NCBI GenBank assembly: GCA_963842525.1
Contig: CAWJGT010000022.1
Location: 1-64,000 of the forward strand
From: an uncultured Holophagales bacterium
GTDB taxonomy: Bacteria > Acidobacteriota > Thermoanaerobaculia > Multivoradales > UBA5704
Length of the DNA: 64,000 nucleotides
Direction: 5' to 3'
The notes beneath the pieces were generated by a model. That model did not search any database and was not told where the DNA came from. It saw nothing but the letters and a program-made list of their open reading frames with translations. Shown in pieces: positions 51,325 to 60,461 of this stretch. Every line of letters starts with the position of its first letter. Position 1 is the first letter of the stretch. Position numbers and translations under genes: made by a program.

Positions 51325-52104
51325 TCACCCGGGGCTCGTCCCGACCTCGTCCTCCTGCACCTCCGGCCCCTCGACCAGGTGCGCACGCACGATGAACCGC
51401 TTGGGTGCGGACCCCACGTAGTAAAAAGGATAACAGGTGACCAGGGTGAGCGAGGGACCGTCCGTGCCGGTGAGCACCTCGGTCTGGGAGGGACGGACCA
51501 CGCGGGTCCATTCGACCTGGTAGCGCCAGGTGCCGTCGAGCGTCGTCAGCTCGATGATGTCGTTCTTGTCGATGTCCTTGAGGCCGCGGAAGAAGCTGTC
51601 GCGGTGGCCGGCGATCCCGACGTTGCCTCCGATCTCCGACGGCAGCGAGGTGCCCGGGATGTGGCCGACGCCGTGCCGCAGCGTGCGATGGGAGATCCCT
51701 TCGAGGAGGATCGCGGAGACGCCGGTGCCGGGAATCCGGATCCGGCCGAGCAACCCCCCCTCTCCCTGGTCAGGAGATTCGGCCTCCCACTTCCAGACCT
51801 CCTCGCCGAACGAGGCGAACGAATCCGTCTCGGAGGCCGGCGGCGGAGTGTCCGTGGAAGATTTTTCCTTCTCCGCTGGAGTTTCCTCCGCACGAGGAGA
51901 GCGCTCGTCGGCCTGTGCCTGCTTCCGCTGGGCCGCCCGCTCCTGCAGCTCCTGATCCAGCCGGCGGTTCTGCTCGCGTTCGAACAGGCGCGCATCGACG
52001 AAGGCGAACCCGTAGATCCCGAGACAGGCGATGCCAACCACCAGCAGAAGGCGTTCGATCCAGCGGCGGATGGGTGCTCTCTTCTTCAAGTCTCCCCTCC
52101 TCAA
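51325..52104 (-). CDS. Class D-like sortase
   Basis: N-terminal TM; AGHRDSFF, LTLVTCYPF, RFIVRA (His/Cys/Arg triad). Confidence 0.92.
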   Translation of the reverse strand: MRRGDLKKRAPIRRWIERLLLVVGIACLGIYGFAFVDARLFEREQNRRLDQELQERAAQRKQAQADERSPRAEETPAEKEKSSTDTPPPASETDSFASFGEEVWKWEAESPDQGEGGLLGRIRIPGTGVSAILLEGISHRTLRHGVGHIPGTSLPSEIGGNVGIAGHRDSFFRGLKDIDKNDIIELTTLDGTWRYQVEWTRVVRPSQTEVLTGTDGPSLTLVTCYPFYYVGSAPKRFIVRAHLVEGPEVQEDEVGTSPG

Positions 52105-52178
52105 AGGAAATCACCTGGCACCGGAAGGCGCCAGGTGATCGGCCGATGTTGCCCATCGGCGTAGCTCAGGCTGCGGGT

Positions 52179-52616
52179 CTAGAAGCGGCGCACGACGAGC
52201 GCGGCGCCCAGCGCCAGCAGGCCGATCAGGCCCACCAGCGGCAGGTTGGTCGCCGTGGCGGGCAAGGAGTCCGACACCGTGTCGGTCTCGTTGTCCAGCG
52301 AGCCGGTCTCGTCGATGCCGGAGGCGTCCGTATCGGCGTCCGTCGTGCTGTTCACATCGACGTCCACCAGGCCCTCGGCGTTGCTGCCGGTATCGACGTC
52401 GACGTCTACACCCGTGCCGGTCTCGGTCTCAGGCATGGTCGTGGTCGGCTCCTGGAGCGGGAGCGGGTTGCCGGGATTCGGCAGGTCGTTGCTGTTCAGC
52501 CCGGGCTCCTGCTGCTTCGTGGGGCCGGGGACCGAGGTGTTCGGGCCCTGAGCGACGGCGGCGCCCGCCACCGTCAGGGCGAAGATGGTCAGTATGGAAA
52601 AAACAAGACGTTTCAT
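52179..52616 (-). CDS. Sortase substrate (LPATA, TM, basic tail)
   Basis: Signal peptide MKRLVFSIL; acidic D/T-rich body; SLPATATNLPLVGLIGLLALGAALVVRRF. Confidence 0.88.
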   Translation of the reverse strand: MKRLVFSILTIFALTVAGAAVAQGPNTSVPGPTKQQEPGLNSNDLPNPGNPLPLQEPTTTMPETETGTGVDVDVDTGSNAEGLVDVDVNSTTDADTDASGIDETGSLDNETDTVSDSLPATATNLPLVGLIGLLALGAALVVRRF

Positions 52617-52893
52617 GATGTGGTTTCTCCTCTCCAATCCTGCTGGTTGTCCGAGGTCTGGGGACCCTGAGAGCGCCCTCCGCTTCAACTCGTACTGCAA
52701 GGGGGGGAGACTCGGTTTGCCGGCAAACCGGCGGGCGCTTCGGCTAGCACGTCGGGCCCTCCGCCCCTCCCCACTCCACTCGCCCAGAAATTAGTGCAAG
52801 CCCGGTGCCAAAGGCCCCGTTGTAGGGCCGGGCTCCACCGAGATCGCCGTCTCGGGATAGAGTAGCCCTGGGGTTCAACCAGGCGTCCAGGTC

Positions 52894-54165
52894 ATGAGCA
52901 ACATCCTGCCGATCAACGTCGACGACCTCCTCCATTTTCGAGGCGTAGAGTCCGCCCGGGTGGAATTCAAGGAGTCCTGGAACACCGGCCCGACGGGTGC
53001 TCAGGTGCTGCGCACGGTCTGTGCGTTCGCCAACGACCTGCAGAACTTGAACGGCGGCTACGTCATTCTGGGCATCGCCGCGAAGGATGGCATCGCGCAA
53101 CTTCCGCCCGCCGGCCTGCCGCCCGCCAAGCTTGAAGAGATTCAGCGGTGGCTCCGGGGACGCTGCAACACGCTGGACCCGGTTTACCAACCGGTGCTCT
53201 CGCCCGAGTCCGTCGACGGCCGGCACATCCTGGTGATCTGGGCACCGGGAAGCGACACGCGACCACACCAGGCTCCCGAGACCTCGGAAAAGGGAGCGCC
53301 TCGCAAGTATTACGTCCGGCTCGGCGGCGAGACCGTCGAGGCCAAAGGTACTGTTCTGACTCAGCTCCTCCAACTCACGGCGAAGGTTCCCTTCGACGAC
53401 CGCCGTGCCCTCGGCGTGCCCATCGAGAAGATCCGGGAGACACGGATCCGCGAGTTTCTGGCCGACCTCAAGAGCGGTCTATTAGAGGAGACGGACGCGC
53501 GGGAGATCTACCGCCGGATGTTTCTCTCGGCCCGGGTGAACGGCTACGAGGTTCCCCGCAACGTTGCGTTGCTCTTTTTCTCCGATGACCCCGAGGAGTG
53601 GTTCCGGGGCGCGCGAATCGAAGTCGTGCAGTTTGCGGGGGACGCCTCCGGCAATATTCTGACGGAACGGGTCTTCCGAGGCCCTCTGCACCAGCAGCTT
53701 CGAGATGCCTTGACCCATCTCGAGGGCCTCGTGACGAGGTACGTGCAGAAGCTCGACGATCGGCCCGAAGCCAGAACCTGGACGAGCTATCCGGTGACAG
53801 CGGTTCGGGAATGCCTGGTCAATGCCATCTATCACCGCAGCTACGAGGGTGAGCCGGAGCCCACAAAGGTATATCTGTATCCGGACCGCATGGAAATCAT
53901 CAACTATCCCGGCCCGATGCCGGGAATTGAACGAGAGCATTTCCGCCCGGGCGCTGGCATCCCACCGGTCCCGGCGCGCAACCGCCGCATCGGAGAGCTC
54001 CTCAAGGAGCTCCGGCTCGCCGAGGCCAGGGGGACGGGAGTGCCCAAGGTCTTTCGCGCCATGGAGCACAACGGCTCGCCGCCCCCGAGGTTCGACTTCG
54101 ACGATGCCCGAACCTACTTCAGGGTAACGCTGCCTGCGCATCCCGAGCACCCGGTCATGTCCTGA
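52894..54165 (+). CDS. AlbA_2/Schlafen-domain protein with an HATPase_c_4-like domain
   Basis: ESARVEFKE, CAFAND...GGYVILGI, RECLVNAIYHRSY, RNRRIG, EARGTG. Confidence 0.88.
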   Translation: MSNILPINVDDLLHFRGVESARVEFKESWNTGPTGAQVLRTVCAFANDLQNLNGGYVILGIAAKDGIAQLPPAGLPPAKLEEIQRWLRGRCNTLDPVYQPVLSPESVDGRHILVIWAPGSDTRPHQAPETSEKGAPRKYYVRLGGETVEAKGTVLTQLLQLTAKVPFDDRRALGVPIEKIRETRIREFLADLKSGLLEETDAREIYRRMFLSARVNGYEVPRNVALLFFSDDPEEWFRGARIEVVQFAGDASGNILTERVFRGPLHQQLRDALTHLEGLVTRYVQKLDDRPEARTWTSYPVTAVRECLVNAIYHRSYEGEPEPTKVYLYPDRMEIINYPGPMPGIEREHFRPGAGIPPVPARNRRIGELLKELRLAEARGTGVPKVFRAMEHNGSPPPRFDFDDARTYFRVTLPAHPEHPVMS

Positions 54166-54269
54166 GATCTTTGAGCTTGCCGCGATGGCGTCGCTCAGGA
54201 TCTCGCGGCGAGCTCGGACATGGTCTTGCCCTGCGCTTGCGGCCGCCTACGGGCTGAGTGGCCGAGCGA

Positions 54270-54584
54270 TCAGCCCCCTGCGGCCCGACGTCGTGGACGC
54301 CCCTCCTCGGAGCCCAGGAGCAGGAGAATCCGCTCTTTGGCCGCATGGAAGTCGGTGAAGACCTCTTCCGGTCCTTCGAACAGGCCAGCCGCGGGATCGC
54401 TCGATGTATCCACCAGCGAGACTCCGAAACCGAGCCGTGGTCTCCACTCCACGGCCACGAACCGGCCGTGCTCTGCGACATCCAGCCAGCCCGGAGCCTC
54501 CGGCTCCCCAGACCAGTCAAGAGTGAGGTCGAGATCCGGAGAAGAGGCGCGCAGAGCGTCTACCAGTCTTTCGAGGTCAGTCAT
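54270..54584 (-). CDS. Putative antitoxin/immunity protein
   Basis: WLDV...VEWRPRLGFGVS...FEGPEE; overlaps the stop of the upstream gene. Confidence 0.55.
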   Translation of the reverse strand: MTDLERLVDALRASSPDLDLTLDWSGEPEAPGWLDVAEHGRFVAVEWRPRLGFGVSLVDTSSDPAAGLFEGPEEVFTDFHAAKERILLLLGSEEGRPRRRAAGG

Positions 54585-54940
54585 CCCAAACTCCTCGTCC
54601 GTCGCGGCCGGGCGCGCGGAAGACGATCTCACTCTCCCGGACGGTGACAATCTCGACGGCGCCGTTCTCGCGGATGTAGGTGTTGTGCCCCTTGGAGCGC
54701 CATCGCGTCACGTCCGAGCGACCCGGCACCGGACGGCGACTGTCCGGTAAAGGTGGATACAGACGCCCATCCGTCTGCCACCTCTCCGGATTGTAGAGGA
54801 TTCCCGCCAATTCGTCTTCCACCTCGTTCAGGGTCGTGCTCAACACGGCGAGCGCCTCCTCCATTGAGGAAGCGGGCAGCCTCTGTGCGAGGCGCCGGAA
54901 GAGCTCCCGAAAGCCGCTGTGCCCGCGAAGGAATCTCTCC
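54577..54940 (-). CDS. Putative toxin (start uncertain)
   Basis: LNEVED...DGRLYPP..D...RWRSKGHNTYIRENGA...PGRDG. Confidence 0.55.
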
Positions 54941-55135
54941 GATGATCCACCCCCCCTCCATTCCCTGTCGTGCGTTCTGTCCCTACGTGCAAATTTAGCC
55001 TGGGCCGTATCAAAAAGTCGACTCCCGTCTCTACGATGCCCGACCAGACCGACGCTCCCCTGACCTGGAGAGGGGGGACACGTCCGGACTGTCAGGCTAG
55101 CCAGAACCGTCGGTGTTCCGGTCGAGCCGCCGAAG

Positions 55136-58100
55136 TCAATCGCACTTCTCCGGCCCCGGCAGCGCCTCGCAGGTCTTGCGGTAGGGTTTGTCGGCGCCAA
55201 TATAGTTTCGCCATTCCTCGCAGGTCAGATTCCGATTGGCCGTGCGGCAGGCCTCAGCCATGAGGACACCCAAGTCCAAGTCCCACAGGATGACGGTGTG
55301 GTCCTCACCCGCCGAGGCCAGCCGCTTCCCGTCCGGGCTGAAGGCCACGTCATACACCCCGCCCCCGTGCCCCTCCAGCGTGGCCAGCGGCTTGCGGCTG
55401 TCCACGTCCCACAAGATCACGGTCTTGTCGTAACTCGCCGAGGCCAGCCGCTTGCCGTCCGGGCTGAAGGCGACATCCCAGATCCGGCCCTTGTGCCCCT
55501 CTAGCGTGGCCAGCAGTTTGCGGCTATCCACGTCCCACAGGATCACGGTCCTGTCCCGACTCGCCGAGGTCAGCCGCTTCCCGTCGGGGCTGAAGGCGAC
55601 GCTGTAGACCGATTCCTTGTGTCCTACCAGCGAGGCCAGCGGCTTGCGGCTGTCCACATCCCAAAGGATCACGGTCTTGTCTCGACTCGCCGAGGCCAGC
55701 CGCTTGCCGTCCGGGCTGAAGGCCACGCCATAGACCTCGTCCTTGTGCCCCTTCAGCGAGGCCAGCGACCTGCGGCTGTCCACGTCCCAGAGGATCACGG
55801 TCTTGTCCACACTCGTCGAGGCCAGACATCTCCCGTCCGGGCTGAATTCCACGTCAATGCCCAAACCCTTGTGCCCCTCCAACGTGGCGAGCGGCTTGCG
55901 ACCGGCCACGTCCCACAGGATCACGGTCTTATCCAGACCCGTCGAGGCCAGCCATCGACCATCCGGGCTGAAGGCGACGCCATTGACCAAGTCTTTGTGC
56001 CCTTTAAGTGTGGCCAGCGCCTTGCGGCTGTCCACGTCCCACAGAATCACCGTCTTGTTCAAAGTTGTCGAGGCCAGCCGCTTCCAGTCCGGGCTTAAGG
56101 TGTTGCCGAGAACTTGGTCCTTGTGTCCCAGCAGCACCGCCTTGCGGCTGTCCACGTCCCACAAGATCACGGTGTTGTCCCAACTCGCCGACGCCAGGTG
56201 CTTCCCGTCCGGACTGAAGGCGACGCTGCTGACCAGGTCCGTTTGCCCTTGCAGGGTAGCCAGTGGCTTGCGGCTGTCCACGTCCCACAGAATCACCGTC
56301 TGGTCAGCGCTCGCCGAGGCCAGCCGCTTCCCGTCCCGGCTGAAGGCCACGCTTTCGACTCCACTCTTGTGCCCTTCCAGCAGGCCCAGCGGCTTGCGAC
56401 TGTCCACGTCCCACAAGATCACGGTCTTGTCGTAACTCGCCGAAGCCAGCCGCTTCCCGTCCGGGCTGAAGGCGACGCCCCTGACCAAGGTCTTGTGCGC
56501 CGCCAGCGTAGCCAGCGGCTTGCGGCTGTCCACGTCCCATAGGATTACGGAGCTGTCCTGACTCGCCGAAGCCAGCCGCTTTCCATCCGGGCTGAAGGCC
56601 ACGCCCCAGACCCGGTCCTTGTGCCCCTCCAGCGTGGCCAGCGGCTTGCGGCTGCCCACGTCCCACAGGACCACGGTCTTATCCCAACTCGCCGACGCCA
56701 GCCGCTTCCCGTCCGGACTGAAAGCAACGTCCCTGAGCCGGTCCTTGTGCCTCTCCAGAATGGCCAACGGCTTGCGGCTTTCCACGTCCCACAGGATTAC
56801 GGAGTTGTCCTGACTCGCCGAGGCCAGCCGCTTTCCATCCGGGCTGAAGGCGACGTCCCAGACCACGTCCTTGTGCCCCTTCAGCGTGGCCAGCGGCTTG
56901 CGGCTTTCCACGTCCCATAGGATCAGGGTCTTGTCCTTGCTCGCCGAGGCCAGCCGCTTCCCGTCCGGACTGAAGGCGACGCTGTTGACCCGGTCCGTGT
57001 GCCCCTGCAGAAACGCGGAGAGTTGCGGGTGGCTCATGAAGCGCCGCAGAAGCCCAGACGCCACATCAAGTGTCGGCTCTACTCGAACCGCTTCCAGGTT
57101 GACCAGAAGGGATGCATCATAGCTGCCGTCCTGAAGCCGATCCGCGTTGGCCACCAGCCGCGTGATCTCCGCCTCGCGCAGCAGATCGGCGGCTTTCCAC
57201 GCGAGCCACCCGGCGAGCACGATGAGGACGATTACGACGACCGCTCCTGCCAGCACGAGCGCCGCATTGCGCCGGTTGCGCCGCTGCTGCTCGCGCGCCG
57301 TCCGTTCTCGCGCCTTCACTGCCTCTTCGGCCTCGCGGGCACGGCGGCGGTCGCGGCTTTCCTTGACCACGCGGGTCAGCACGTCGTGGGTCAGCTCGAG
57401 GCGGCGCACGCTCTGCCGCTCGTCCACCCGCAGCAGGCGGCGCCGGATCAGCGCATCGACCGCCTCGGAGGTGACGCCCGGCAGAGTCTCGTCCAAGGCG
57501 TGGCTGTCGCGGTGGCCGCGGCCGGTGATGAGCTCGTCTTCGACAAACGTGCGCACGCTCAGATCAAGGCCAGCCACGCTGCGCTCGTAAAAGCCCGAGA
57601 GGATCTCGCGATCGGCTCCTTCCAGCAGCTCGGTCGTAATGCGCTCGAGCGGAGGTTCCGCTTGCTGGCGCTTGTGATTCAGCTCGCTGCATACCACGCT
57701 GAGCAGTGCCGGATCGATCTCGATCTTGTGGAAATTCGACGGAAAGACGGGGGGGCTGGGCTCGTTCTTCCAAGCGAGCATGAGGATCCGCCGTGCGATG
57801 ACATCGTCGACCAGGTGGCCGCCCGCACGGATGACGACCTCGTAAGCCTGCGCGCCATTCATCGCCAGCAGGCGAAAGCGGTTGTACATGAGGGAGGGCA
57901 TCCGCTCCTTGAGCCCCTCCATCTCGGCCAGGAAATCTTCGCGGAAGCTCAACACTAGCTTGACCGTCGAGCGCTTGAAATCGAAGCGTCTCGCCGCCGT
58001 GGATTCGGCTTCCAGCGCCTTCCGGACCGCGTCCGGCGGCCTGTTCTCCACCAGGTCACACAGCTCGGCCAGGAAGGCGGCCGAACGGGCCCGGGACGCT

Positions 58101-58573
58101 TCGCTCTCCTGACCGAGCGTGAAGATTTCCTCGAACTGATCGAACACGACCACGGGAGTCACCGGGCGGTTGCGTTCGCTCCAGAATTCCGCGTCGCGCC
58201 GATGGAAGAACGACCACAGGCTTTCGTCTCCCGCAGGCTGGGCCGCCTGGACCCGATCGGCCTCACATGCCACCTGCAGGGCGCGGAAGATCTGCTCTCG
58301 CAATGCAGGCGCTCCTTCGGCATGATCGAGGCGTACATAGACTGGCAGATAATCTTCGTCACGCAGCAGAGGAAACAAGCCAGCTTTCAGCAGTGAGGTC
58401 TTGCCCAGCCCGGATCGTCCGAACAGCACCGTGAGCAGCTCGCGGCGGACCAATCGCACCAATTCGCCCGCCTCCGCCGCTCGGCCGTGGAAGTACTCTC
58501 GGTCGGTCTCGTCGAAGGGATCGAGCCCGGGCCACGGGTTGTCGGGGCTGAGGGCTTGTCGTTGCAGATCCAT
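55136..58573 (-). CDS. STAND NTPase (nSTAND1-like), TM helix and 14 WD40 repeats
   Basis: NPWPGL..F, GRSGLGKTS, FDQFEEIF, ELTHD; TM segment; 14 x 42-aa WD repeats. Confidence 0.93.
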   Translation of the reverse strand: MDLQRQALSPDNPWPGLDPFDETDREYFHGRAAEAGELVRLVRRELLTVLFGRSGLGKTSLLKAGLFPLLRDEDYLPVYVRLDHAEGAPALREQIFRALQVACEADRVQAAQPAGDESLWSFFHRRDAEFWSERNRPVTPVVVFDQFEEIFTLGQESEASRARSAAFLAELCDLVENRPPDAVRKALEAESTAARRFDFKRSTVKLVLSFREDFLAEMEGLKERMPSLMYNRFRLLAMNGAQAYEVVIRAGGHLVDDVIARRILMLAWKNEPSPPVFPSNFHKIEIDPALLSVVCSELNHKRQQAEPPLERITTELLEGADREILSGFYERSVAGLDLSVRTFVEDELITGRGHRDSHALDETLPGVTSEAVDALIRRRLLRVDERQSVRRLELTHDVLTRVVKESRDRRRAREAEEAVKARERTAREQQRRNRRNAALVLAGAVVVIVLIVLAGWLAWKAADLLREAEITRLVANADRLQDGSYDASLLVNLEAVRVEPTLDVASGLLRRFMSHPQLSAFLQGHTDRVNSVAFSPDGKRLASASKDKTLILWDVESRKPLATLKGHKDVVWDVAFSPDGKRLASASQDNSVILWDVESRKPLAILERHKDRLRDVAFSPDGKRLASASWDKTVVLWDVGSRKPLATLEGHKDRVWGVAFSPDGKRLASASQDSSVILWDVDSRKPLATLAAHKTLVRGVAFSPDGKRLASASYDKTVILWDVDSRKPLGLLEGHKSGVESVAFSRDGKRLASASADQTVILWDVDSRKPLATLQGQTDLVSSVAFSPDGKHLASASWDNTVILWDVDSRKAVLLGHKDQVLGNTLSPDWKRLASTTLNKTVILWDVDSRKALATLKGHKDLVNGVAFSPDGRWLASTGLDKTVILWDVAGRKPLATLEGHKGLGIDVEFSPDGRCLASTSVDKTVILWDVDSRRSLASLKGHKDEVYGVAFSPDGKRLASASRDKTVILWDVDSRKPLASLVGHKESVYSVAFSPDGKRLTSASRDRTVILWDVDSRKLLATLEGHKGRIWDVAFSPDGKRLASASYDKTVILWDVDSRKPLATLEGHGGGVYDVAFSPDGKRLASAGEDHTVILWDLDLGVLMAEACRTANRNLTCEEWRNYIGADKPYRKTCEALPGPEKCD
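55270..57010 (-). repeat. 126-bp tandem WD40-coding repeats, 14 units
   Basis: Recurrent TCCACGTCCCA and CCGGGCTGAAGG at about 126-bp spacing. Confidence 0.9.
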
Positions 58574-58577
58574 TATT

Positions 58578-59948
58578 TCACGCCGCTCGCTGCCGGCGGT
58601 GGAAGTCGCGCACGAGCTCGACGAGCAGCTCGGCGACGTCGGGCGTAACGTTGCCGTCCGGCAAGCTCTTGCCTTGCGCTCTCTTGAAGGAGTCCGGCAG
58701 AAGGGCGCGATCGATGCGCGTGTCGTCGATCACCACAGGAACGATGAAAGCCTCGTCCGGCGCCATCCCGCGGGCGAAATCGTCCGCGTCGTTCCACTCC
58801 CGCCAGAAATATCGACGCCGGTTCTCCTCACTCACAGCCTGGCGCGAGATCACCGGCAGGAAAAGCGAACAGCGCTCGATACCGCGGCGGATGCTGCGTG
58901 CCCAGTCATCTGCCATCTGCAAGGCATTCTTGTCGAACCAAACCTCCAGGCCAGCCGAGCGCAGGCCCTCGGCCAATCTGCTGGCGGCTTCGCGGTCCTC
59001 GCTCGCGTAGCTGACAAAAATCGCCCCGGTTGGGATGCTCCTTCCGGCCGTGCCTGCCTCGGGCTCCGCTTTCCGCGCTTCTGCCGGATGGGTGGCTTGC
59101 CAGCGCCGCGCGAGCTCTGTGACGAACTGCGCTGCGGTCAATGGGACGACGCGGGTGTCGGGGCTGAAGCTTTCGAGGAACAGCGCCAGCCTGGCGTCAT
59201 GTGCAATCTGGTCGCCGACCAGCACGTCCCAGCGCCTGCGCTTCTGAGACAGCTCGAGGCTCCTCGCGGTACGCAGGAAAAAGCGCGCGAGCCAGTCTCC
59301 GTAGTTGCAGCCGAGGATGAGCAAATGGTTGCCGCGCAGCTCGTCGAACAGTTTATTGGGCTGGCGCTGCTTGTCCTGCATGCCATGCAGGAACTCGAGC
59401 AGGTCTTCATCGCAGATTGCGTAGTCCGGGGAAGCCGACGCTCGCCCCAGGAGATGGAACACCATCGGCTGCCGGAGCTCAGCCTTTGGACAGGGGAGGT
59501 CTCGGACGGTCTTCGGCGAATAGGCGATTTGTTCAGCACGCGGCCCGCCGCCGATCCGTGCAGCGCCGATGGCATCCGCAAGCAGCGAGTCAAAGGTCAG
59601 CGAGACGAACAGGTCGAAACCAGGGATGCCGGCCAGCGCCCGCAGCGGCTCGGGCGGTGTCAGCGCGGCGTTGCGCAGCATTCTGTGGATTTGGGCGTAG
59701 AGCTCGTCCCTCTCTCCTCGCCGACGCTGGTGCAGCGCAACGACATGGTTGAGGTCGAAGCCCGCGGGAAGCTCCGCGGTGGGCAGCTCGAGATCGGCCG
59801 CCAGCCGTTGCGCAATCCAGCGATAGAGGGGCACATCGCGGTCGCCTTCCCGAACCGTGACCAGCTCCGAACCGATGACGGGAATGACGGCCCGGTCCTG
59901 GATGTAGTCCAGGAGATTGTCCCAGAACCCCTCCTGCAAGTCGGCCAT
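58578..59948 (-). CDS. SIR2-like domain plus C-terminal TIR domain protein
   Basis: VIPVIG, FVSLTFDSLL, FHLLG, LLILGC (SIR2_2-like); IFVSYASED, VWFDK, YFWREW (TIR with the conserved Glu). Confidence 0.85.
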   Translation of the reverse strand: MADLQEGFWDNLLDYIQDRAVIPVIGSELVTVREGDRDVPLYRWIAQRLAADLELPTAELPAGFDLNHVVALHQRRRGERDELYAQIHRMLRNAALTPPEPLRALAGIPGFDLFVSLTFDSLLADAIGAARIGGGPRAEQIAYSPKTVRDLPCPKAELRQPMVFHLLGRASASPDYAICDEDLLEFLHGMQDKQRQPNKLFDELRGNHLLILGCNYGDWLARFFLRTARSLELSQKRRRWDVLVGDQIAHDARLALFLESFSPDTRVVPLTAAQFVTELARRWQATHPAEARKAEPEAGTAGRSIPTGAIFVSYASEDREAASRLAEGLRSAGLEVWFDKNALQMADDWARSIRRGIERCSLFLPVISRQAVSEENRRRYFWREWNDADDFARGMAPDEAFIVPVVIDDTRIDRALLPDSFKRAQGKSLPDGNVTPDVAELLVELVRDFHRRQRAA

Positions 59949-60096
59949 GGCCGCACACCCCCCCTTGGGAAGTCCTCTGCAGCGTAGGTGAGGGCTCAGT
60001 TTAGCTGATTCGGACAGATGCCGTCCGCCGCGCCGTAATGTCGGTCGTAACACGGCGCCTTTTAGACTTCGATGTTTCCAGGGAGAAAACGGTCCG

Positions 60097-60369
60097 ATGA
60101 GTGTGCGGTTCCGCAGGAACGCTGCTGAGGTCTTTGACGTGACCCGCGCCGTGCTCGCTCCATACATCGGGGATCTCATGGCGCGGACGGCCGCCGCCGC
60201 CCACTGCCGCAGGCTTGGCATCGAGGGGCCGGTGCTCGACCATCACGAGGTCGAATTGCTGCTGGAAAAGCTCGGCCTCGGGCTGGTCATCTTCCTGGGC
60301 CATGGGAAGACCGCCCTCGTGATTGCCTCCGTCCGTCAGGCGATCGAGGGTCTGTCTTCCCCCTCGTGA
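60097..60369 (+). CDS. Small hypothetical protein
   Basis: GGGAG RBS; 90-aa helical ORF with host-like codon usage. Confidence 0.55.
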   Translation: MSVRFRRNAAEVFDVTRAVLAPYIGDLMARTAAAAHCRRLGIEGPVLDHHEVELLLEKLGLGLVIFLGHGKTALVIASVRQAIEGLSSPS

Positions 60370-60461
60370 ACCATAACATCGCGGCTTTCGTTACGTATCT
60401 GGAGAGGAGCGGCCGGCTTCTCCATGGCCGGCCTCAGCTTCCTTTCAAGGAGTTGACAGTC

